This document shows positions 13,757 to 24,309 of a DNA stretch of 64,000 bases, one piece after another; within the stretch, counting starts at the first letter, position 1; every line of letters begins with the position of its first letter. The DNA is from Sphagnum compactum (lineage: Eukaryota). The stretch spans positions 1,116,001 to 1,180,000 of the forward strand of contig OZ234493.1 of the NCBI GenBank assembly GCA_965153455.1, given 5' to 3'. Below the pieces are notes generated by a model. The model saw nothing but the letters and a program-made list of their open reading frames with translations. It was not told where the DNA came from and did not search any database. The translations under genes were made by a program, and so were the position numbers.

Positions 13757-16700
13757 ATGGCACGGCCAAGGGCAGCCAGTTCTTGGCCACGAGTGTTGCA
13801 TCCTTCCTACTATTTGCGAAGACCTCGCCGCTTGTTGGTCCTTGTGGTATTCTTTGTGGGTACCACATTTCTGCTGTGGGATCGACATAACCTTATACAG
13901 CATCATGAGGTGACTACTTACTTTATTTGCTTTCTTTCCCTACTCCTCCTCCTCACTGGCACTAGAATTCCCGTGTTGATGAGCTTTTCTTAGGGTTTTC
14001 TTGCCTCATGAATCCTTTTCCAAGAGATGGATTCAACTGAGTGAAGAATTTTCAAAGCAGAAAGATTTTTGGGGACTTTCTTAGCCAAAAAGAATTTCAC
14101 ATTTTGTTTCTGGCAATATGGGAGACTTTTGAAGCCCATGGTGCTTCATGATGAGTGCATCATCAGCAAACACCATCGCTACTGGGTGTTGAATTGGTAG
14201 ATATAGAGATGGTGGCTCGCCCCAGGTGTCAGGTTGCCTCCTGCTTGTTGGTTGGAAAATCTCTGTCTTCATTTACAAAAAAAAAGGGTTGGTTGGCATT
14301 TTCCACTGAAGTGAAGCAAAAGTTTGATACAACTGTGGAAAGTGTGTGTGTATACTTATGCACAATGTGAGCTGCACACATTGGAAACTACATTGACCTG
14401 CTGATGAATATCATGAACATCTTGGATTTTATTGCAATGTTTTGAAACTGAAAGAGAGACAGACACATGGCTTTAAGGTCGAATCTTGGACTTAAGGGGC
14501 AGAGCGTGAACTGGAACCATGTTGGATCTTACATCTACAGCCTCTCATGTTGGCTTGTCAGCAATGCAGAGCACACTTGCGAAGATCAATCAGCAGAAGG
14601 AGAAGCTCACCCACAAGGCAGGATAAATTCCATTTCCTCTTTATGCATTATTTGTGCTTGTAGTGTTTCTGAATCTGTAGAGATCTGTAGTGGAAACTGA
14701 TTACTATCAGAGTTCTGTCTTAATGAGTGAGAAAATAAAATGCTGAGCATTTTTTATGTATGGTCTCCGCACTGAGAATACCCCTTACTAATCAGGAGGC
14801 TCCAGTTTTAGTCTGAGATTATTTCTCCGGACAGTTATCTATAGAGCTTGAGTGGAAGTCAATTTCTGTTGTGATCGCAAGAGTTCCAATCATAGACTGT
14901 AGGTGGTTTCATCAGCTGTCTTAATGAATTCTTGCTGTGCAGGTGGAGGAGTTGGCTAAGTATCTCAAAGGGGAGGGAAAGACCTTCCAGTTGGATGGTG
15001 AGGATGAAAGCAGTAGTAAGTCAGCACAACAGGGTAAGTCTGAGCAGGAAGGCATTGAGAAAGAAACAGAGGACCCAATTACAGAATACCGGAGAAGCCA
15101 AGTGAAGGCTGCTATGCTGCATGCCTGGAGCTCTTATGAGAAATATGCGTGGGGTTTCGATGAACTTCAGGTTTGTCTCTGTCACTTGAAGGATCACTGA
15201 TAGAAAGGAGGATACATTGATTCTACCTGTTAGGCTTTTAGGTCATGTATGAGATTGGATCTGATGCAGATCTAAGCACTCACTCATGCAGCATGTGCAG
15301 TGGCATTCCAAAGAAGCTCCCAAAATAGGCTCTCAAAGTTGCTGATTCTCTGTTTATTCGAATTGCCTACATATCACCTAACAGCTTCAATGAATTGCCA
15401 CCATGCAGCCTCAGTCGAGGCGGGGCGTTAATCATTTTGGAGGACTGGGAGCAACCATCATCGATTCACTGGACACACTATATATCATGGGCCTTGAGAC
15501 GCAATTCAATAAAGCTAGAGAGTATGTGTGACTCACCTTTGTAATGTTTTGTTACAGATGATATGAAAGAGTCATTAGTTGTTGCAGAAAAAAATCAGTT
15601 CTAGGAGCTACTCTGGCTTGCATTTGCGATCCCTGCCTTGTCCATCTGTTGCTGTTGGTGCATGGTTCAATGCCTTGCCTGTAAAAGTTGCTATCCTTGC
15701 TTTTTGTTGTACATTTGGGTTCCTATGTAGTTTGTTCCTCTCACATGATCAAGTGCAACTTTCATTGGTGTGAATGTGCAAACCACCTAATACCTGATGA
15801 ACTTTATGCAACTTTAACACTCCTCTTTTGTTGGTTGCACCACAGTTGGGTTGCTGAAAATTTGCACTTCAACAAAAACTATGATGCAAGTGTCTTCGAG
15901 ACCACCATTAGGTACACATCCCATGCCATTGTTGCACTTGGAAAACTTATCTGCATGCCATGAGTTGCCAAGGACTTTCTTGTCTGCTGCACCATGTTTT
16001 TCACAGTCACTGTATTGAGGAATCCTTTCCAAGTTAGATGTGAATACCAATGGAAGTGATTTCTAGTGCCAGTAGTTGCACCAAGCAGAGGAAGTTGAAG
16101 AAGTGATGGATATTTTTCTGACCCCTGTTTCCTAGGATGATTCTTTCTCCTTGGTTCAGCTGACAAGGTTCCTGTCTTCTTTCTAGATTGTGATTCCTCC
16201 ACTGGGTAACTGGGGCAGTTGGTAGCCACATTCTTCCCCAAGTCCTTTGAAGTTTAGGCATTACAAATGTTGGTGGTTGAGTGGTGACACTATTCATAAT
16301 GGGTGGACTTTTCTGTGTAACATTTAGCATGCCTCACAACAGGATTGAACTCAGAAACTGCACAGCCACACCCCCATTTTGTGTCTGAGGGATCAAGCAA
16401 ACAATTTTGATTTTGGTGATGAAATGACAAAACCCAAGAACAAGAGTGAAACAATACACATCCCAAATTTGTATTTATATAGGCCTCTATGTCCTTTAGG
16501 CATAGATGCTTGCATATACAGGGACATGCTAAAATGAAATAAAAGCTCTTTCCTTCAGAAGCTTGTTGCAGCTTGAATGAGGATACTGTTGACTTTTTTG
16601 ATTAGCAATGTCTCTTGAGTGCTAGCCAACATCACGTCTGAATCTTCCCATTGCTTCCGGAAAGGCAACAGAAACTCAGGACGCAGATTGTGTATAATGG

Positions 16701-19700
16701 TTTGCCCAAGTTTTTTGGGAAGATTATTATATGCTTATCTACACCCACTGTTGGGAGCTGATGAACTCAGTGGGTAGTCATGGCAGCTCGTCACTGCCGT
16801 TCGTGACGAAGGTGATGGTCTGTCACTTCGTGAGCGACTCTCATGAGGTTATGACTGCACTCATTGTCGTGTTACCTTTAATTGTTGTTGTGGAGATTTC
16901 TCTGCAACTTCATCGATCATCTATCTTCTCCTTTTGTGTCTCCGATGATGCTTGGCGCGTATGCCAGGGAAAAAGAAAATCAAGTAGTTCAATACCATGA
17001 GTCTTGTGTCTTCTTGTCCATGATCTATGGTGCTGAAGTACATGCCTTGAAACCAGGCAACCTCTATGCAGATGGTTGACATTGTTTCTCTCTTCATATG
17101 TTACTGGTGTGGACAGAGTGTTGGGAGGGCTGCTGAGTGCTTATGATCTTACTGCTGAAAAGATGTTCCTCACCAAGGCAAAGGAAATAGCAGACCGACT
17201 TCTTCCTGCTTGGGATACTAGAACTGGCATTCCCTACACTACAATCAACCTGGAATCTGGGCGTGCTCACAATCCTGGTTGGACTGGGGTAAGCTATATT
17301 TGTGTTTCTCATTGGAAGTCCTTGTGAGCTCGTCTACTGTTGTGTTCTTTGCACAAAGATTGATAACCCCTGAACAGGCAGTCTGCTATAACCTACCCTG
17401 AAGAATATCCCTGGATCTCAGATGGGTCCTGCAAGGAGTTATGGCACTAGAGAGGATGTGGTTGCAAGATAGGATAGAAAGTCAATTGGTGTGGTCTATG
17501 AGCTTTCTCTGATAGTCTCCCTTCCAAAATGTAGCTATGCGGGAAAGTTTGGATGTGGATAGATTTGTGTTCTGGACTAGTCTGTTGTTGAGATGTCTTT
17601 GATACTCCAAGAATGGGTTGTGAGAAATGATTTTGGTTGGTTAGGTAACTTACTAGAAGCACAACTGTGACATTTACTTTGTGTAGGGCTCAAGTGTCTT
17701 GGCTGATCTAGGAACTGAGCAAGTGGAGTTTATTGGGCTGTCCCTGAGAACTGGGGACCCCAAATACAAACATAAGGTAAGATGTATGGAACTGAAGGGA
17801 ACATGACCACTGTTTTGAACTCACCATCATTGTCAACCTTGGATTGTATAGGCTTCAGTTGTTGTGCATCAGGCTAAGGTCCCATTCTAGGGGCAGTTTT
17901 CAATTGCTTTTCAACAGACCATTGCCTGTTTTAAAGGAAGGGAATATTAAGTCAGTGGAGGTTGAGCTCTTGCTGGGTGTGCATGTAGCACAGACAGACA
18001 TACATACATACATATATATACACCCTGTTTTCCCTTCCACTTGACCATCTTCACTGCTCCTACCTTGGGTGCAGGTTGAAAATGTGATCAAGCAGCTGAG
18101 AAAACATTTCCCCAAAGATGGGCTGCTGCCCATTTACATAAGTGCAGATTCTGGGCAGCCCACAACTGGCAAAATTACATTTGGTGCAATGGGTGACAGG
18201 TAAGTTTTGGCATTGTCCACCTAATATGATGCTTTCTTGAAATGATCTACATGACAAGGAATCAGAGAGTTCATTGAGCTTCTGACTTGTGCGCTCTATC
18301 TGCACGAGTCTCTCAGTTTTTCCTTTCAAGTTGGTTGTCTGCCTGTCTTGGAATAAGGTTTTGATCTGTTTTGTGTTTTACAGCTTCTATGAATATCTGC
18401 TAAAAGTTTGGATTCAAGGGAACAAAACAGAGGTTGTGAAGCATTACAGGTACTCTTTCTGCCCTTAAAAAAAATCCTCTATTATTCAAGCCATATGTCA
18501 ATGTATGAGTTCACTATGCTAGTCCATGCAACAGATTCATAGATTGATTTGCAGCAGCAAGGGTAGTTGTTGAGCAATAGGCTATAATGTGCGCAGAGAA
18601 ATGTGGGAGCAATCTATGGAGGGCATGATGGGCTTGGTCTCAAAATCAACTCCTTCAGGTTACACCTTTCTTGCAGAGCGCTCTGGGTCCACCCTGTTCA
18701 ACAAGGTACCAAACAATGAATATGCAAAAGGTTCAATCCTGCCACAGTTGAACAATCTTAGCACAAAATCAGCCTTACTGGGAATTTGTTGCACAAAAGA
18801 AGATTCTAGAAATTTGGTGGATGCCGGCAATGTTGTCCTTACACCTGTCAACCATTGCTGCGAGATGGTCTTGGTGGAGGTGAAGTCACCTATCATTCAG
18901 GAAACTATTTAATTTTGTTGCAGATGGATGAACTGGCATGTTTCGCCCCGGGTATGCTGGCACTTGGCACAGAGGGAGCCCCACCTGAAAAAGCAGAGAA
19001 ATATTTGACACTTGCAAAGGAGGTAAAACATTGATGTTTCCAGATCCTTGATTAATCAGGTTACATGGAGCAGAAGGCGGGTTCTTTCTGCATGATGTTT
19101 GAGTACTCTCTGCTTCCTCCTACACTCTGTAAAATGTAATTCTGGACTTATTGTTTGTCTGACTGGGTTCTCCAAGATCTATGTTTTGGTGCACAAGTGC
19201 TGTCGATCTCTTGTAGTCCTTCAACTGTTTAGCTGTTGCTCCTTTGAGAGAGTCATTTATAGCTAAATTCATCTTTAAGGAATACTCTCGATCTTTTTGA
19301 TCGATTTTATCTGTGTTATGTTTCAATCCTCGCCTATCTTGTATGACACTCCTATGACATGTAAGGTTCTCTTGTCCACCTTTGAATTCTAACTGTAGTT
19401 CCTTCAGGTGATTCCATTGCTAGCCTGTCACTAAGTTTTGGGAGTATTCTTGAACTTTTGCAAAGGGGTTCATATTTTTTTCCCTCCTCTGTAGTTCTTC
19501 TGTCTTTCCAAGTTTTTTCCTTTTTTTCTCTGGGTTGCAGATTTTCATATTTCATTGCACCCTAGTGGTCAAGGGCAGAGTCCTAGTTTGTCTTAGGGAA
19601 TTCTAATGCTTTTTCACAGGCAGTTCTCTGCAAGTGCCAGCACTGTGAGCAATCTCTGAGTCAATTCAATCTTGCTGCCTCCCCAGTAGGAAGAAAATCA

Positions 19701-22700
19701 ATTAGTTTCTGTCAATCTTTGTTTTTTAGAGGCTGTAGTGTAGAAGGTAAGTCCAGTAACAGGTAGTTGCACAGAGTTTGTAATCCTGCTCCTATCATGC
19801 AGATCCTAAAGCTTTTGTTCTGCATCCTGGTTTGGAAGCCCAAAGTTCAATCCCTTCCTCTCTTAGTTGTGCTCCTCCATGCCTTTCTCTATAGAGACAG
19901 ATTGCACCCCTCATGATCCATAAACCCTAAACCATAAACCCTAAACCCTATCCATCTGTTCCTTTCCTGTTGTGTTAGCTTTTGTTTTGCTGGAGCTTAC
20001 AAAGGTTACCTTGAAAGTATTGTTGTGGATTTTTCTCTGCAATCTCTTAGATATGCATTCCTATAAGATTTTTAACTATGGAGTTTCCAAACAAAGATTG
20101 GCTCTCTGACCTTTTGTCCCGACAAAAGTTCTCTTCCAAGTTTCTTGCCCAATGTTTGTCCAAAAAAATTAGTGTTCAAACAAATTTCCTCCTCACAAGT
20201 TGGGTAGTTGAATTGGCCATACTTTGCAGCTATTCAATGTCTTGAGTCCCCTTGTAGGATGTCGTTTGTATAAAAGCAAAACCCAGTTTTTGGGTAGAGA
20301 TCTCTTCACTCCAGTCCTTACTTCATTTGATGGACAATATAGGTCTCTTATCTTTCTGAAACTCCCTGCGGTCACGGATTGTGTCTTTCCTGTGATCCAT
20401 AGAAGATTTTGGTCTACTCCCCCTAGTAGCTTGGAAGAAGTATTTTAATCTGTAGATCAAGATTTCTGTATTGGAGAGATATGGCAAAGGACTTGAGCCT
20501 CTTGGGGAAGTCATCGAGAGTAGCGATTCCAAGAAGTTCCAATTTCCAAAGATTTGTTACCCCTTGGTTGGGTGATGTAATTTCCACTGACCTAGACATC
20601 TTTTTAAAGGCCTAATTTGATTGGTCTATTTTTTAGAGGTACAAAGTTTAGATGATGTTTTCTGAACAGTTTTGTCTCTTCAAGAATCTATTTGAAAGAG
20701 GTCTTAACAATTTTTGTTCTTGAGCAAGAACAGATCTTATGGGTGCATGGGATTCAAATATATTTGATTAACAGGATAAGAACAAAATAAGGTAGTAAAA
20801 GTCTAATTTTATCTTCCTGGCTAGATTCCAGATAGATAACCTGATACATGTCCTGAGTCAGTCGTAATGCAGTGAGTTGGTATCCCAATGGGTGCACTGA
20901 TTGTGCAGTTGTAAACAACTGTCTTTTTATTTCTCTGTGTACTTTGAGGGATATCCCTCAGGAGAAGAACCCTAGGGTGTTATGTCAGGGGAGATCCTCC
21001 TATCCTTCTATGTTCCCCTGTTCCCATAAAAAGAGAGTTGTTTACATGCATGGAGTTTCCTGTACAAGTGGGTCCTCCTGAGGTTTGGGAACACTTTAAG
21101 ACTCACACCTGCAGGTGGCCCTCCCTCAGGAGAACCCACTTGTACAGGAACCTCCCCTACAACTTTTTGACTCACTTCTACCTCTTGTAATATGAGTTTA
21201 ATCTTTTGGTTCACCTTCTTGTCTCATTCTTGTCCACGTTTTCATTCTAAGTTACACTCAGTAAGAAGGTTTGTAGAGACAATCTGTTAGTTCCTAATCT
21301 CCCTGATTTCTCCACCTTCATGTATCTAGACAAAGACTATTGGCAATGGTATATGCGCAAAATCATTTTATACTTCTAATGGCTTCTCTTGCAGTTCCTT
21401 AGATTAGCCATACAATAAATTCAAACCTTTCTTCTTTTTTGTTGTTGGGTTTGTCCTCTCTCTCTTCCATGGTGCATTTTCTTCTTTGCTTCTTTAGTCA
21501 TAACCTTTTAGGTTCTGTTGAGCTAGCCAACTTTTATGGCCAACCTTATGACATTGACCCTCCTCCAATAGCTGATGAACTCCATCGGCATTTGTGGTAT
21601 CTGTTTACTACCATATGTGTTGCTGTTGAAGGTGTCTGAACATGATTACGACTTTCACTGTTGTTCAAACCCACTGTTGGGAGCTGATGAACTCAGTGGG
21701 TAGTCATGGCAGCTCGTCACTGCCGTTCGTGATGAAGGTGATGGTCTGTCACTTCGTGAGCGACTCTCATGAGGTTATGACTGCACTCATTGTCGTGTTA
21801 CCTTTAATTGTTGTTGTGGAGATTTCTCTGCAACTTCATCGATCTTTTTTCTAGTGGCTTTAGCGGATGTTCTGCATCCAAGTAGTCACCAGTGGTGTGC
21901 TTAAAGGATATGTTCAGGGTGCAGGAGGCCCCAACCACTACCCTATATATAGGCCTCTATGTCCTTTAGGCATAGATGCTTGCATATACAGGGACATGCT
22001 AAAATGAAATAAAAGCTCTTTCCTTCAGAAGCTTGTTGCAGCTTGAATGAGGATACTGTTGACTTTTTTGATTAGCAATGTCTCTTGAGTGCTAGCCAAC
22101 ATCACGTCTGAGTCTTCCCATTGCTTCCGGAAAGGCAACAGAAACTCAGGACGCAGATTGTGTATAATGGTTTGCCCAAGTTTTTTGGGAAGATTATTAT
22201 ATGCTTATCTACACCCACTGTTGGGAGCTGATGAACTCAGTGGGTAGTCATGGCAGCTCGTCACTGCCGTTCGTGATGAAGGTGATGGTCTGTCACTTCG
22301 TGAGCGACTCTCATGAGGTTATGACTGCACTCATTGTCGTGTTACCTTTAATTGTTGTTGTGGAGATTTCTCTGCAACTTCATCGATCTTGTTCAAACCT
22401 GCCCTCAGTGTTTTTGGTTATTTCATGTGTTCTTGAAGGTTTAGTTTCCTGTTGTACTGTTTGTTGATATGTTTTCAGATCTGAAATCTCTGTTACCTTG
22501 TTATTAGGTCATCTCTCAATTCTCTTGAGTTTCAGATAATTTGAAAGTATGTAGAAGTTCTTTTTACCAATGAACATATGTAATTGTTTGTTCAGCTTAC
22601 CCGGACTTGCTACAATTTCTACATGTCAACTCCTACAAAGCTTGCTGGAGAGAACTACCAATTCTATGATGGACAGGTACGCTTACAACTTTGTCATACA

Positions 22701-23536
22701 CCATTATGGCATCTAAGTTCTGGAGCTGAAGATTGCGCTGTGTGGCTAAAATCCTGTCACTATTGCTCCCATCAGTATCTAATTTTTGTTGAACGTCATA
22801 GAAAAAAGTCTGACCAATAATATATTTTGTTTGCAGGATATGCAAGTAGGGACACCCTGGAACATTTTGAGGCCAGAGACAGTTGAGTCCCTGATGTACG
22901 TGTGGCGCAAGACAGGTGATTCAAAGTATAGGGATTGGGGATGGGATATCTTCCAAGCTTTTGAGAAACAGTCACGAACTCCGACTGGCTATGTTGGCCT
23001 CAGAGATGTGAGAAACTTTCTCTTTTACCAGCCCCCACTCTTATTTCTCCATGCATTCTTACAAGGTCATGCCTCCTGTGCACCTCTCTCTAGGAAAGCT
23101 TCTCTAGTTCACTTATAGTGCTAATACGTGGTGATTGAAATTCGTGGGTGATGGAAAATTTGGCCTTTCAATATGTCCTCATGGAGGACACAATCCAGAT
23201 TATTTTTCTCATGGTCAAAGGCACAAATTGAATTTCAGTAGTTTTTCTTCTGTGGAGCTGTTTCAGGTGAGAACAGGAGAGAAAGATGACATGATGCAGA
23301 GTTTCTTTCTCGCGGAAACTTTGAAATATTTTTACTTATTGTATTCACCATCATCTGTAATACCGCTGGACAAGTGGGTTTTCAACACAGAGGCCCACCC
23401 TTTGCGAATTATCCCCCGTGTGGATGAGCCCATCAGTTTGGAAGACACACCGGAAGGCAAGGACAGCAGCATGCAGATCAAGTCAGGTTCTACACAATAC
23501 TTGAGGCAAAGACGCATTAATCCTGGAGGCAGATAA
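13757..23536 (+). CDS. MNS1: Golgi class I alpha-1,2-mannosidase (GH47), ~596 aa. Exons 13757-13909, 14570-14617 (tentative), 14943-15170, 15409-15521, 15846-15911, 17117-17288, 17687-17776, 18075-18199, 18384-18449, 18597-18705, 18924-19022, 22596-22676, 22837-23007, 23267-23536
   Basis: N-terminal type II anchor ([26 protein letters not shown]). GH47 motifs: [86 protein letters not shown]. Splice phases are consistent. MNS1 versus MNS2 orthology cannot be resolved. Confidence 0.95.
16476..16918 (+). mobile_element. Structured intronic retro-element, copy A (5'-truncated), mannosidase intron 5
   Basis: Near-identical to 21946-22388. Ends at the shared 3' terminus CTTCATCGATC. No TSD visible. 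Confidence 0.85.
19100..21600 (-). mobile_element. Heavily decayed non-LTR (LINE-like) reverse transcriptase relic in mannosidase intron 11
   Basis: Minus-strand remnants occur in RT motif order: [11 protein letters not shown] (GxPQG-like), [10 protein letters not shown] at ~21037-21048 (YVDD after three transitions), [11 protein letters not shown] (GLxxNxxK-like), then a frameshifted YLG-like motif. Many stops. Boundaries are approximate. Confidence 0.5.
19921..19950. repeat. Interstitial plant telomeric repeat tract (CCCTAAA)~4
   Basis: TAAACCCTAAACCATAAACCCTAAACCCTA. Confidence 0.8.
21669..22388 (+). mobile_element. Structured intronic retro-element, copies B+C: 1.3-unit head-to-tail insertion (544-nt period)
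   Basis: 21669-21844 repeats the last ~175 nt of 21851-22388 and is joined to it by T6. The whole insert is flanked by TTGTTCAAACC (21661-21671 and 22389-22399). Confidence 0.9.
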
Positions 23537-24248
23537 GGGCAGAACAACTAAGAGAGATTGTTGTAGTCCATATTTACTTAGCGCTTGTTGAAACTTCTTT
23601 TATTTGGTGCTAGCGGTTTTCAGATGACATCTTTTGTCAATGCGGTGCTGGCCAACAAAATTGTTTGGTCTTTCCTTATGAGCAACACATATTGCAAGCA
23701 AGTTTTGTTATAGTAATGGTAACATGTGTGATCAGTTACAAGACCAGGTGGGTCTCTTCCGAGATCTCTGTATTATGTAGTCTTGGGTATGCGATTGGGA
23801 AATGTTCATAGACCACAGGCACGATATTCTTATTGATGAAGCATTTCTCCTTTAATGAATCAACTATAGTGTCCAGCAAGCATTTCCTGTTAGGAAAGCT
23901 ATGTCTGAAAGGCCAACATGACTGCTTTTGATTGGCCCATCATAATGATTGGCCCTAATGGTGGCATTTTAATGGTTTTTCACTTTACACTGTTCAAACT
24001 CTCATGTTTTTGGGTATGGATTGGATCCCCCCCCCCTTCTCACACGCTCTATACACTATTTGCTGCCAGTTTGTCTAACATGCTCTAATGGTGTGATTTG
24101 CTGTCTTATTCACTATGAGACAATTACCATTAGCAATTACAAGAACACGACCTTGATCAACTACAGACTTAACCGAAAGCAAGCTTTTCGGTAAGCTTTT
24201 CTTTTATGGTCTTTATTTCTTCAATTAGTGTTTGAACATTACCGCTAT

Positions 24249-24309
24249 CTTTGCAAAGTACAATGTGTGCATGTCCACCTTTGCAAAGTACAATGTGTGC
24301 ATGTCCACC
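24249..24309. repeat. 30-bp tandem duplication
   Basis: CTTTGCAAAGTACAATGTGTGCATGTCCAC x2. Confidence 0.85.

Noticed and set aside
16100-16300. Possible eighth, very old copy of the structured element (CCACTG...CAGTTGGTAGCCA)
   Set aside because: Similarity is too short to support without a covariance-model search.
21851-21920. tRNA-SINE-type A/B boxes (TGGCTTTAGCGG ... GTTCAGG)
   Set aside because: Both boxes are imperfect, and two internal T6 runs would be expected to stop Pol III. Not fully excluded.
22228-22250. CTGATGA as a hammerhead core or snoRNA box C
   Set aside because: No stem II-GAAA-stem III-UH arrangement follows, and the motif varies in diverged copies (ATGATGA, CTGGTGA). 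No convincing terminal C/D pair.
22201-22467. Recurrent [21 protein letters not shown]... (also at 16731, 21642 and 60503)
   Set aside because: It recurs only because the repeat does. It has no stop inside the element and is disrupted in diverged copies, where base-pairing is kept instead.
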